From Patescibacteria group bacterium (lineage in GTDB: Bacteria > Patescibacteriota > Patescibacteriia > UBA9570), in NCBI GenBank assembly GCA_041660305.1, contig JBAZWO010000007.1, positions 1-63,831 of the forward strand: 63,831 nt of DNA, written 5' to 3'. Below are positions 37,576 to 47,248 of the stretch, piece by piece. The first letter of the stretch is position 1; every line of letters starts with the position of its first letter. The position numbers and the translations under genes are program-made. The notes under the pieces are model-generated. The model was not told the origin of the DNA, made no database searches, and saw only the letters and a list, made by a program, of their open reading frames with translations.

Positions 37576-40215
37576 CTAATTGCCATTTACTTTGTTTTTG
37601 GTGTTAGTATTTTTGTTTGTATTAGTGTTGGATTTATTATTGTTAGTAGATTCAGTAATAATAGTGAATTTAATCGTAGCTGTGCCAATATTATTACGAT
37701 CATTAGTAGCTTTAACAGTTAGAGTATGGGTACCGGCAGTAAGGCTGTGACCGGTATAAGTTGAATCGAATGGAGCTGTGGTTTTTATATCAACGCGAGC
37801 ATTATCGATTAAATATTCCACTTGTTTAATAGTGCGACCAGTGGCGCCGGCATTAATTTGAGCGCCAATACTAAATACAGCTTTAGTAATAGAAGTATTG
37901 CTAGCAGGATAGACAATGGTTATAGTTGGTGTTTGATTAGCGGCGTGTAAATTACAATCCTCATATTCTGTTTTACTAGTTAAGTAGGCAGCTTGTCCAC
38001 TAGCCCAACCTAATACGCCGGTTTCCCAACTTTTGAACATAGTATCTTTTTCTGGATGAGTGGGAGCCGGACCAAGCGGATCTTCTTTGGTAAGATAATA
38101 CAAAATAGTGTGCACTTCTTTGAAGTCTTGTTGGATTTTATATTCAGCTGGATACGCAGCTAAGCACTCGTCTTTAATTAATTTTTTGGTATTTTTATCC
38201 ACATATTTTTGTGTAGTAGTGCCAACGGCTCCTTGTAAAACAGGTTTATTAGCTTTTATAGTTTGCATGGGGGAGAATTTTTCATCTGACAAGCCCTCTA
38301 AAATGCGCTTCATGTAACTAATCATAATTGGAGCGGCCACAAAAGAACCGTCGGCTCCCTTATCCATTGCTACAGAGCCTTGATTATTACCAGCCCATAC
38401 ACCGGTAGCAAAGCTTGGAGTATAACCCATGGCCCAAGCATCTTTAAAATCATTGGTTGTGCCTGTTTTGGCGGCCAATGTTTTACCAGGAATAACCAAA
38501 CCAGGGAATATGCCGCCACGGTTAGCCGGATCTGATAATATGGCATTTAACATTTGAGTGGCGGTTTTGTCTACAGCTTGGCTGGAATTGTTTTGCCATT
38601 CATAAAGGATTTTATTTTGGCGATCTTCTACTTTAAGAATAGTAGTAGTAGGATGGCGTTCGCCTTCACGAGCTAAAGTGGCAAAAGCAGCGGCATGTTC
38701 CAATAATTTAACATCATTACTACCTAATGCGGCGGCCAAACCAATTTGTGAACGATCATAAAAAGTGCCGTAACCTAGACTTTCAGCCGTATCTATTACC
38801 TTGTCTTTGCCGGCCAAATAAAACGTTTTTACCGCAGGAATATTTAGCGACATAGCTAACGTACGGCGCATTGGTAAAGGACCGTGTGTGCTTAGGTCGT
38901 AATTATGAGGATGATATACACCACTTTCTATAGGAAAGTCCGTTTCTACATCGAATATCATTGTATTGGAATTATAGCCATTAGCAAAAGCGGTTAAATA
39001 AACAATTGGTTTAAATGATGAACCTGGTTGATTAAGACTGGTAGTTACATTATATTCTCCTTCGTAATCAGTGGCGTAATAATTTTTCGAACCAACCATG
39101 GTTAATACTTGGCCAGTTTTAGCATCAATAGTTACTAGCGCGGCATTGCTACCGCCATATTTTTCTACAATAGTCATGCCCTTAGTAATTTCTTCTTGAG
39201 CGATAACTTGCTTATTATAATCTAATGTAGTAGTTACCTTTAGGCCTTGATCAATAAAATTTCCACCAAAATCATCTTCTAATTGTTGCATTACATAATC
39301 TACAAAATGCGGTGCATCTTTTTGCACTAATACTTTATTTAATTTTAATTCGGTTTGTTTGGCCGTTTCTACTTCTGCGGCAGTGGCATAATTTTCTTCA
39401 ACCAGGCGATCTAATGTATAATTTCGTCGCTTTAATAAGTCGGCGGCATTGGTTGTGTCGGTGTAATAAGACGGAGCTTGTGGAATAGCTGCTAATGTAG
39501 CTGCTTCGGCCAGCGAAATATCTTTAGCTGATTTATTAAAATAAGCTTGAGCCGCGGCTTCTACGCCAAGATTAATACCTCCGTAAGGATTTTCGTTAAG
39601 ATAGTACTCTAAAATCTGTTGTTTACTATAACGACGCTCTAGTTCTATAGATAAAATCAACTCTTTTATCTTGCGATCAAATTTTTTTTCATTAGTTAAT
39701 ACCGCTTGCTTAACAAATTGTTGTGTAATAGTTGATCCGCCATATTTTTTTCCGGTTTTTATGTCGGTCCAGATAGTTCTAATGATGGCCACTGGATCAA
39801 AACCACGATGTTGATAAAAATTTTTATCTTCTAATGCTACAGTGGCGTTAATTAAAAAAGGCGAAATCTGATCTAAGGTTACGTAAGTACGACGAACATT
39901 TTTTCCAGTCTCATATAATAAATGTTCACCAGAGCGATCAAAAATTTTAGTGCTTTCGGCCAAGGTGCGGTGTTCTATTTGGCTTGGACTAGGCAAATCT
40001 TTGGCATACCAGGCAAATACACCAACGCCCAAAGCACTGCAAGTGATAAAGCCGATTAATATTATTAAAGCACCACGTTTCAACCAACGTTTCCAACGAG
40101 GAGTAGCTTTCTTTTTAGCGGATTTAAGCTCGGTTTTTCTTACTCCATGCGGAACATGAACGGAATCGACCCGTGGTGAGCGAGAGTGGGTTGGATTGGT
40201 GTGACGACTCTCCAT
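37576..40215 (-). CDS. Class A penicillin-binding protein (PBP1A-type transglycosylase/transpeptidase)
   Basis: EDKNFYQHRGFD and GGSTITQQ (GT51). SSFKP, SLN and KTGTT (transpeptidase). C-terminal Ig-like domain and an N/T-rich tail. Confidence 0.92.
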   Translation of the reverse strand: MESRHTNPTHSRSPRVDSVHVPHGVRKTELKSAKKKATPRWKRWLKRGALIILIGFITCSALGVGVFAWYAKDLPSPSQIEHRTLAESTKIFDRSGEHLLYETGKNVRRTYVTLDQISPFLINATVALEDKNFYQHRGFDPVAIIRTIWTDIKTGKKYGGSTITQQFVKQAVLTNEKKFDRKIKELILSIELERRYSKQQILEYYLNENPYGGINLGVEAAAQAYFNKSAKDISLAEAATLAAIPQAPSYYTDTTNAADLLKRRNYTLDRLVEENYATAAEVETAKQTELKLNKVLVQKDAPHFVDYVMQQLEDDFGGNFIDQGLKVTTTLDYNKQVIAQEEITKGMTIVEKYGGSNAALVTIDAKTGQVLTMVGSKNYYATDYEGEYNVTTSLNQPGSSFKPIVYLTAFANGYNSNTMIFDVETDFPIESGVYHPHNYDLSTHGPLPMRRTLAMSLNIPAVKTFYLAGKDKVIDTAESLGYGTFYDRSQIGLAAALGSNDVKLLEHAAAFATLAREGERHPTTTILKVEDRQNKILYEWQNNSSQAVDKTATQMLNAILSDPANRGGIFPGLVIPGKTLAAKTGTTNDFKDAWAMGYTPSFATGVWAGNNQGSVAMDKGADGSFVAAPIMISYMKRILEGLSDEKFSPMQTIKANKPVLQGAVGTTTQKYVDKNTKKLIKDECLAAYPAEYKIQQDFKEVHTILYYLTKEDPLGPAPTHPEKDTMFKSWETGVLGWASGQAAYLTSKTEYEDCNLHAANQTPTITIVYPASNTSITKAVFSIGAQINAGATGRTIKQVEYLIDNARVDIKTTAPFDSTYTGHSLTAGTHTLTVKATNDRNNIGTATIKFTIITESTNNNKSNTNTNKNTNTKNKVNGN

Positions 40216-40266
40216 AAAACAAACTCACTATACCAAAAAAGGCCTAGTCTGTCCATAAATTGTTAT

Positions 40267-40315
40267 TTTCCACTACCCAGCTTTTTATTTAAAGCTGAAC
40301 ACTGGGAAATGCTAG
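40267..40315 (-). repeat. Structured site A of the TCCCAGTGTT family
   Basis: The minus strand reads AGCATTTCCCAGTGTT-CAGCTTT-loop-AAGCTG-GGTAGTGGAAAA, downstream of the G+C-rich lipoprotein gene. Confidence 0.55.
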
Positions 40316-40337
40316 CTTGGCGGGAACGCTGGCTAGC

Positions 40338-40667
40338 TCAGCATGGGGGGTGTTTTTTTAGCGGCGGGGGGGGGGCAAGCCGTTTCGCACACCCCAGCGT
40401 GTACGGTGGGGGAGTCCCCGCCGTACAGTCCCCTTCGTCGATCTCTTCGTCGCAGTCGTTGTCCACACCGTCGCAGTACTCATCTGCGCCGGGGTAGACG
40501 GCGGGGTCATAGTCGTTACAGTCGTTGTCACTCCAGTCCGGGGTTTCCCCCGGATCGAGAAACTCCTCAGGGCAATAGTTATCGCAGTCGTAATCGCAGA
40601 GGGCTCTCGTTGAGCACCCTGCGATCATTGCGACTGCCACGACTACGACAACAACAACTTTCATCAT
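40338..40667 (-). CDS. G+C-rich small lipoprotein with a MopE-type Asp/Cys metal-binding motif
   Basis: Start MMKVVVVVVVAVAMIAGC (lipobox IAGC). DNDCNDYDPAVYPGADEYCDGVDNDCDEEIDEG motif. The ORF-track start at 40715 is a TTG extension. Confidence 0.65.
   Translation of the reverse strand: MMKVVVVVVVAVAMIAGCSTRALCDYDCDNYCPEEFLDPGETPDWSDNDCNDYDPAVYPGADEYCDGVDNDCDEEIDEGDCTAGTPPPYTLGCAKRLAPPPPLKKHPPC
40366..40375. repeat. G10/C10 homopolymer inside the lipoprotein coding sequence
   Basis: Counted directly. It encodes the PPPP run near the C-terminus. Confidence 0.9.
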
Positions 40668-40987
40668 ACTGTTCTCGAACGGAAGGATTAGGGGAAAGGT
40701 TTGAACCTGAAACAACTCAAGTTCAGCCTATAGACACGCCCTTCCTACATGCCTGCAATCTAAACATAAACAAACGTTAAAATTCTATTAGTAATAAAAT
40801 TTTAAGATTCTGTTCAAATTGCAGGTATGTAAAAACCTCCACCATGTAAAAGAACTTTATTGAATTGTCTTTGTTTAGATTCCTCCAAAAAAGACGTACC
40901 ATGATAGCTCATTTTGTTTTATTGTCAATGGTAGGTGTGGATATTTGATAATTTGTTCATTATAATGGAGTGTGGTAAAGTTTTAGC

Positions 40988-42172
40988 ATGACAACACAAG
41001 AATTATTAACCAGAGGCGTGGACAGTATCTATCCAAATAAAGAAAGTTTAGCGGTAATTTTACAAAATAATAAAAAATTAACAGTTTATTTAGGAGTGGA
41101 TCCAACCGGATCTTTATTGCATATTGGACACACCGTAGTGTTGCGCAAATTAGCGCAATTTCAAAAATTAGGCCACAAAGTAATTTTGTTAATTGGCGAT
41201 TTTACCGGCAGAATTGGCGATCCTACCGGTAAAGATAAAACTCGCGTACCGTTAACTGATGCGCAAGTACTGGCTAATGCTAAAACATATCAAGATCAAG
41301 CCGCAAAAATCTTGGATTTTAATCATCCAACTAATCCGGTAGAAATAAAATATAATAGCACTTGGTTAAGTAAATTAACCTTTGAACAAATTATTAAATT
41401 AGCTTCCGAATTTACCGTGCAGCAAATGTTGGAGCGCGATATGTTCGAAAAACGTTTAAAAGAACACAAGCCCATCTCTATGCACGAGTTTTTTTACCCG
41501 CTGATGCAAGGATACGATTCGGTAGCTATGAACGTAGATTTAGAAATTGGTGGCACCGACCAAACATTTAACATGTTAGCTGGCCGTACGCTACAACGCA
41601 GTTTAAATAATAAAGAAAAATACGTGCTAACTGTGCCGCTATTAATCGATTCTAACGGTGTAAAAATTGGTAAATCCGAAGGCAATGTAATTGCCATTAC
41701 GGCCGAGCCGGCGGATTTGTATGGTAAAATCATGGCTTTGGGTGACGATGTAATTATTCAAACGCTAGAGCTATGTACTGATATGCCAGCGGAAAAAATC
41801 AAGCAATTACAGCAACAATTAATGTCTGGCGCCAATCCACGTGATATTAAAATGATTTTAGCTCGCGAAATTGTAGCGCTTTATAATAATGCGGCGGCGG
41901 CAGAACAAGCCGAAGCCGAATTTAAACGAGTATTTACCGAACATGTAATGCCTAGTAATATCTCTACTGTACCAGTTCCAGTTACTACTGAAGCACTCAC
42001 TATTTTAGTAGAGCTACAATTAGTTGAATCAAAAACCAAAGCCAAACAACTATTTGAACAAGGTGGCGTAAAAATAAATCAAAAACCAGTCACCGACTGG
42101 AAACAACCGCTTATATTAAAAGCCGGAGATGTGTTGCAAGTGGGAAAACGGAAGTTTGTGAGGTTAGCCTAG
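40988..42172 (+). CDS. tyrS: Tyrosine--tRNA ligase
   Basis: LHIGH (HIGH), KIGKS (KMSKS) and a C-terminal S4-like domain. Confidence 0.93.
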   Translation: MTTQELLTRGVDSIYPNKESLAVILQNNKKLTVYLGVDPTGSLLHIGHTVVLRKLAQFQKLGHKVILLIGDFTGRIGDPTGKDKTRVPLTDAQVLANAKTYQDQAAKILDFNHPTNPVEIKYNSTWLSKLTFEQIIKLASEFTVQQMLERDMFEKRLKEHKPISMHEFFYPLMQGYDSVAMNVDLEIGGTDQTFNMLAGRTLQRSLNNKEKYVLTVPLLIDSNGVKIGKSEGNVIAITAEPADLYGKIMALGDDVIIQTLELCTDMPAEKIKQLQQQLMSGANPRDIKMILAREIVALYNNAAAAEQAEAEFKRVFTEHVMPSNISTVPVPVTTEALTILVELQLVESKTKAKQLFEQGGVKINQKPVTDWKQPLILKAGDVLQVGKRKFVRLA

Positions 42173-42648
42173 GCCGTTCTATATACGTTCTTTGTTGGAT
42201 CAATCAAAAAGCCGGTCATGTCGCGCTTGCCGACTAAAACTGGATAAAGCAAAATTTTTCTATCAACGATACTAGCAATAGTATTAAGGCGTTTGTTGCG
42301 TAAACGGTAACTAAATTTTACATATGGTCTAATACTTACGCCGTTAGTTGCTGGAGTAATTTGCACATCATACAAATTTGGTATTTGTTTTTTTAGTTGT
42401 GGTTTTATTTCTTGATTTATTAATTTTCTAATTTTTTTAAAATTGTTATGAGTAACAGTTAACTTGGGAAGTAGCGCATGAAATTGTTCATAAACGTGAT
42501 ATAATCCAATTTTTTTAGCAATACTTATATCAATAGCGGTAGTGCGCGCTCCAGTATCGATTTTGGCTTTACGTCGAATAAATTTTTTATTAGGTAAGAA
42601 TATTTTTATTTCTTCTTCTAGGCCCAAGATTATTTTTTGATGACTCAT
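42169..42648 (-). CDS. Retropepsin-like (DTGA) aspartic protease domain protein associated with RimK-like ligases
   Basis: KIDTGARTTAI active-site-like motif. C-terminal GKRDMTGFLIDP. Homologous to the C-terminal domain of the upstream ATP-grasp protein. Confidence 0.7.
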   Translation of the reverse strand: MSHQKIILGLEEEIKIFLPNKKFIRRKAKIDTGARTTAIDISIAKKIGLYHVYEQFHALLPKLTVTHNNFKKIRKLINQEIKPQLKKQIPNLYDVQITPATNGVSIRPYVKFSYRLRNKRLNTIASIVDRKILLYPVLVGKRDMTGFLIDPTKNVYRTA

Positions 42649-42653
42649 AATTA

Positions 42654-44024
42654 TTATTTAGTTTTTCCAGGATTAATTAAAAAACCAGTTAAATTTTTTC
42701 GACCAATTACTAAAGGGTGAGATAATTTATTATCTAAGGCAATTGCGGCTTCGGTAGTAATCAGCTGTTGACCCAGCTTAAAGGTAAGGGGTATTTTAGG
42801 TCGAATTACATAACGGTTATCAATACGTACAGCCACAATATCTACTAAATCCTTATGCAGGCCTTTAATGATTTCGCGAAAACCAGCTTCGGCTTGTTGA
42901 GCATCGGCAGCTTGAATGGTGCTAGGAATAGCAACGGTAGCTAACGCGGTTAATGCGGACTGAAACCCTAATTTAATAGCAAAATCTTTGGTAAGAGTAG
43001 TAGAGGCTAAGCTAGTATCTAAGATAGCCCGTACAATTTGTGGTTCGTTGGCGGCGGTAAACACTTGTACCGTTTCAAATACTCCCAAAATGGGGGTGGC
43101 ACGTTCTGGTAAATCATGTGTACCAAATAATTCTTTACTAATGGCCAAACCTTTAGCGGTGCTAGTAATGCTCAAATCTTTTACGCGTTCCAAACGATCG
43201 CGTAATGAAGCGTGATTTACATTTTGTATTTCTAATCCAGGGTGACCATTTACTTCTAACACTACTGGCCCAAGTTTTTTATCCAGCACAATATCAATTC
43301 CACCAAAACCTAAGCCTACAGCGCGCTGGGCTTCAATGGCAATGCGCAAGACTTCGTTCCAGTGTGGAATTTTAATGCCTGATAAGGCTGTTTGGTAATC
43401 CGGGTGCAAGGTAATTTCTCCTAAATGCTTAGCATGAGCGAATGTGGTAGTGCCGGTAGTTAAATCGACGCCGACGCCGACGCCACCAATGGCTAAATTA
43501 GCCTTACCCTCCGATTGTTTAGTGGGTAAACGTAACTCAGCCATCACTGGCACGGAATTAAATATAATTACGCGAATATCGGGAATGCCTTTATAGCTAA
43601 TGGCTTTAAATTCCTCACACAAAGTTAAGCGTTCTTCAAAATAAGCCGTGTCTGGCACGTTAGAAATAGAAAAATTACCATCTAAAATATTGCTTACATG
43701 AGTAATAAGTTGTTTAGTAGTGTAGGTTTTTTCACCGCTACCAATCCAATCACCTTGTTTGTTTTTTCCGTAAATAATTACAATACCATTACCGCCTAAA
43801 CCAGAATTTGGTTTTAAAGCGAAGCCATTGGGTAGTGTTGACCAATCGAAACTAAATAATTCGCGTCGGCTGCTAATAGAACCGTATAATTTTGCCGTAG
43901 GTAAATTAAATTTTAATAAACGCCGTTTAGTAGCTAATTTGTTACGCGCTAATTTAACTGAGCGGCCGGTATTATATGGTCGTACGAATAATAAATTACG
44001 AGCATTCATGCCCAAGATGCGCAT
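42654..44024 (-). CDS. RimK-related ATP-grasp ligase (alpha-L-glutamate ligase-like) fused to a degenerate retropepsin-like domain
   Basis: N-terminal ILGMNARN...KLATKRRL and EVNGHPGL ATP-grasp pattern. The C-terminal roughly 160 aa carry ILDTSLAS and GRKNLTGFLINP, paralogous to 42169-42648. Confidence 0.75.
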   Translation of the reverse strand: MRILGMNARNLLFVRPYNTGRSVKLARNKLATKRRLLKFNLPTAKLYGSISSRRELFSFDWSTLPNGFALKPNSGLGGNGIVIIYGKNKQGDWIGSGEKTYTTKQLITHVSNILDGNFSISNVPDTAYFEERLTLCEEFKAISYKGIPDIRVIIFNSVPVMAELRLPTKQSEGKANLAIGGVGVGVDLTTGTTTFAHAKHLGEITLHPDYQTALSGIKIPHWNEVLRIAIEAQRAVGLGFGGIDIVLDKKLGPVVLEVNGHPGLEIQNVNHASLRDRLERVKDLSITSTAKGLAISKELFGTHDLPERATPILGVFETVQVFTAANEPQIVRAILDTSLASTTLTKDFAIKLGFQSALTALATVAIPSTIQAADAQQAEAGFREIIKGLHKDLVDIVAVRIDNRYVIRPKIPLTFKLGQQLITTEAAIALDNKLSHPLVIGRKNLTGFLINPGKTK

Positions 44025-44028
44025 ACAA

Positions 44029-45630
44029 TTATTGTTTTAATAACTTACGGAAACGGAAGTATTCTAGCACACGCAAACCACTAAAACGACCTAATAATAC
44101 GTTCAATAATAAACAGCTGCCTATAATAATTTCTGGATAAGCTAGCATTAACGTTTCAAAGGTGCTCCAGGTAATAATAAAATAACTAATTACCGAAAGA
44201 GCAAATGTTTCTAACGTTAAAATAATAGCGCTTTTATTACCTTGTTCAATTTGGGCTTCGACAAACTTTTCTGTTAGAATAATCATTACTAAAATTGGGA
44301 AAACTGAAATAGCCAAAAAACCAGTTTGTTTAAAATAACCAGCCATAATGAACATAATAAAAATAGTAAACGCCACCAAAGACATAACCAAGGCCATGCG
44401 TGGTAAATACAGTAACTTTAAGTAACGTAAACCAATTCTAGCCATAGTAGCGGCCGCTAATAGTACCGCAAAAATAACCAAACCATATTTTAACTGGGTA
44501 ACAACAAATGTTAGAGTAATAATGGAAGGTACATAAATACCAAAGGCTTTAACACCCACCACCTGACGAGCGAAAGCAATTAACGTAGCTACTACCGGCA
44601 ATACTAACAACAAGAATAATGTATCTTGGCTAACACCCTGATTAATTAAATAATTAATGCCATAAGAAGTAAAATTAAAAAAAGTAATACTATCTAAAGC
44701 GCGCTGGCTATGACTACTAATAATTTGATAAGGAATGTTTTGGTTTTGTAAAATTTCAAACCAACTTAAATCGGAAGAGTTGGCCAGCAAAGTATCTAAA
44801 GCAGCGCTGGTGGTGAGTAAAATATAATTAGGTTGTAAGGTATTGTAGGTGCTTTGCACCAATCGGCCAGAAGCAACGCTAGTGGGATGCTCGTCTACTC
44901 GGACAATAGTTTTTTGTTTAAACGATATAGTAGAAGCTTTTTTTTCATCATTACTGCTAGATAAAATACGTTCGGTTTCTGTTAGGGCTGTTAGACCAAC
45001 GTTAGCATTGGTCCATATCAAAATAGTTTTAGCTTGATTTAAATCATCGGAGGCGGCTACTAATTGTTCGGCAATGCTTTGTGATAATGTGTAATTGGTA
45101 GTGGCGGTATTAGTGGGCTTTACGGACACTAATAAAATACCATTATTTTTCGCGGTTTGTTTTAATTGTTTAATGTCGGTTTTAGCTACTGAATCATCGG
45201 TGACTAACAACATTACTTCTCTAGCTACAGTTACTAAAGTGTAATCACGAGAAATGTTTATGCCATCAGAAACGGTTAATTTAGCTTTATAGACTCCGGG
45301 CTGCTTATAAATATGAGAAGCATCAATCCCTTGAAATGATTGGCCGTCACCAAAGTCCCACACATAGTTTAAAGCTTGTTCGCTAGGGCCAGTAGAAGCC
45401 GAGGCATCAAATAATACGTTACGGCCTATAGCTACATTTTTATCTGGCCCAGCCTCGGCATGTAGTGGTTTGGCTTCAATGGTAGTAATTACTTCGGCCG
45501 GTGTAGCTGGCGTAACGGTTGGGTTGGTGTCGGCGTTTATATTTGCAGTATCTTCGGCGTAGGCAGGCAGAATACAAAAACTAAATAGGCTTAGTAAGCT
45601 AGTGATAATAAAAGTTGTTAAATATTTCAT
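44029..45630 (-). CDS. Signal peptide + PKD domain + C-terminal 7TM membrane protein
   Basis: WDFGDGQS...PGVYKAKLTVSDG PKD motif. The C-terminal third consists of about seven hydrophobic helices. A 4-nt gap separates it from the ATP-grasp gene. Confidence 0.7.
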   Translation of the reverse strand: MKYLTTFIITSLLSLFSFCILPAYAEDTANINADTNPTVTPATPAEVITTIEAKPLHAEAGPDKNVAIGRNVLFDASASTGPSEQALNYVWDFGDGQSFQGIDASHIYKQPGVYKAKLTVSDGINISRDYTLVTVAREVMLLVTDDSVAKTDIKQLKQTAKNNGILLVSVKPTNTATTNYTLSQSIAEQLVAASDDLNQAKTILIWTNANVGLTALTETERILSSSNDEKKASTISFKQKTIVRVDEHPTSVASGRLVQSTYNTLQPNYILLTTSAALDTLLANSSDLSWFEILQNQNIPYQIISSHSQRALDSITFFNFTSYGINYLINQGVSQDTLFLLLVLPVVATLIAFARQVVGVKAFGIYVPSIITLTFVVTQLKYGLVIFAVLLAAATMARIGLRYLKLLYLPRMALVMSLVAFTIFIMFIMAGYFKQTGFLAISVFPILVMIILTEKFVEAQIEQGNKSAIILTLETFALSVISYFIITWSTFETLMLAYPEIIIGSCLLLNVLLGRFSGLRVLEYFRFRKLLKQ

Positions 45631-45637
45631 AAAAAAA

Positions 45638-46144
45638 TTAAGCTAAACGGGCAAATTGTTGAGTAGCTAGCGCAATGGCTAAAGCATCAGCTGCATCGTC
45701 TGGCTTAGGTAAGTTAGTTAGTTTTAAAATACGCTGGGTCATTTGTTGTACTTGTAGTTTAGTAGCGGCGCCATAACCAGTAATGCTTTGTTTTACTTGG
45801 GGTGGGGTTAATTCTAATAATTTAGTATTAAATTGAGCCAAGGCTAGCAAAGTCACGCCGCGAGCTTGACCAACATCTAGGGCAGTTTTTACATTTTTTG
45901 AAAAGAACAATCGTTCGCAACCAGCATAAGCCGGATGATATTGTCCTAACAACTTAGTTAGTTGAGCGTAGAGTAAAACCAGGCGTTGAGCCAACACGGT
46001 TTTGCTAGGAGTGCGAATTACTCCATATTCTAGAACTTTGGTTGTACGATTCTCTATTTCCAAAATGCCATAACCAGTAATAGCTGTGCCAGGATCTATG
46101 CCAATTACTACATTTGAAATTACATTAACTTTAGAGGGCGGCAT
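45638..46144 (-). CDS. ruvC: Holliday junction resolvase RuvC
   Basis: IGIDPG and DAADALAIA motifs. ATG 46144 is preferred. Confidence 0.88.
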   Translation of the reverse strand: MPPSKVNVISNVVIGIDPGTAITGYGILEIENRTTKVLEYGVIRTPSKTVLAQRLVLLYAQLTKLLGQYHPAYAGCERLFFSKNVKTALDVGQARGVTLLALAQFNTKLLELTPPQVKQSITGYGAATKLQVQQMTQRILKLTNLPKPDDAADALAIALATQQFARLA

Positions 46145-46829
46145 TGTGGTACAAATCCATAATATCATCGTTATCCTCTAGCTCTTCTAATAATTTACCT
46201 AGCGAGGCTTGTGCGTCATCGTTTAATGATATCATGGTAAGAGGGCGATTGGTTAATTCAGCTACCGCCACTACGTTGCCTAAAGTAGTTTTTACAGTTT
46301 CGAACAATTCTGGTGGGGTAAATATGGTAATGCCACCAGCTTCTTCAATAATGTCTTCGGCACCAGCATCCATAGCGGCCAGTTGCAGGGCATCGCTATT
46401 TTGTTCAACTCTAATTATACCCGCTGGCTTAAAAAGAAAGCTCACTGAACCAGGGCCGCCTAGATTACCGCCGTGTTTACTTAGAGTGCTTTTTAAATTA
46501 GAACTAGTCCGATTAGTATTATCGGTAGCACAGCGAATTAACATGGCTACGCCATTTGGCCCGTAACCTTCATAGGTAATTTCTTCAATTTTTTGGCCAG
46601 GTAATTCACCGGCTCCACGTGAAATAGCTCGTTCTATATTATCTTTAGGCATACTAACGGCCTTAGCGGCTTCAATGGCCGTGCGTAACGAAGCGTTAAA
46701 TTCCGGATCCTTACCTTTGCGCGCCGCTAAACTAATATTTTTAGAAAGCTTAGTAAACAGCGCTCCTTTTTTAGCATCGGTAACGCCCTTCGCTCTTTTA
46801 ATTGTGGCCCATTTGGAGTGCCCAGACAT
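46131..46829 (-). CDS. yebC: YebC/PmpR-family transcriptional regulator
   Basis: MSGHSKWATIKR N-terminus. Confidence 0.92.
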   Translation of the reverse strand: MSGHSKWATIKRAKGVTDAKKGALFTKLSKNISLAARKGKDPEFNASLRTAIEAAKAVSMPKDNIERAISRGAGELPGQKIEEITYEGYGPNGVAMLIRCATDNTNRTSSNLKSTLSKHGGNLGGPGSVSFLFKPAGIIRVEQNSDALQLAAMDAGAEDIIEEAGGITIFTPPELFETVKTTLGNVVAVAELTNRPLTMISLNDDAQASLGKLLEELEDNDDIMDLYHNAAL

Positions 46830-46961
46830 AAAATTTACCTAACTATTATAGCAGAAATATGTAAATAAATCAAATATGAAATTAAAAATTGTAGTATGAA
46901 ATTATAGTATCTTTTTTTAAAAAAATATTCTATAGTGTCTTTAATAACAAAATAATGAAAT

Positions 46962-47240
46962 ATGCTATCAGCTGTTTATAAAATTCCCAATGGTAAATTA
47001 CTCAAGATTTTTTTAGAGTTAGATAATAATATTATAAAAAACATCAAAATTACCGGTGATTTTTTTATTTATCCAGAAGAAGCTATCATGAGTATTGAAC
47101 AAGCGTTACTGCAGATACCAATTATTCAAGAGCGGTTAAAACAAAAAATTCAAGCAGTAATTTCTGCGCAGCAGCTAGAATTATTTGGCGTAGATATCGA
47201 GAGTATAGTTAAAACTATTTTATTAGCGGCTAATTCTTAA
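46962..47240 (+). CDS. Lipoate-protein ligase accessory (C-terminal domain) protein, LplB-like
   Basis: 92 aa. KITGDFF motif typical of the LplA C-terminal domain. Sits directly upstream of the catalytic-domain gene. Confidence 0.6.
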   Translation: MLSAVYKIPNGKLLKIFLELDNNIIKNIKITGDFFIYPEEAIMSIEQALLQIPIIQERLKQKIQAVISAQQLELFGVDIESIVKTILLAANS

Positions 47241-47248
47241 TATATGTT

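Noticed and set aside
40186-40780. Plus-strand ORFs 40186-40497 and 40343-40780, rich in Gly, Arg, Ser and Pro.
   Set aside because: They are alternate-frame or antisense products of the locally G+C-rich lipoprotein gene. They have low-complexity composition and no start context.
40781-40987. A T-box leader upstream of tyrS, and a glycine riboswitch upstream of the gcv operon (46830-46961).
   Set aside because: I could not find the conserved T-box 14-mer with a specifier/antiterminator layout, or glycine-riboswitch-like G/C-rich helices. The gcv upstream region is almost pure A/T.
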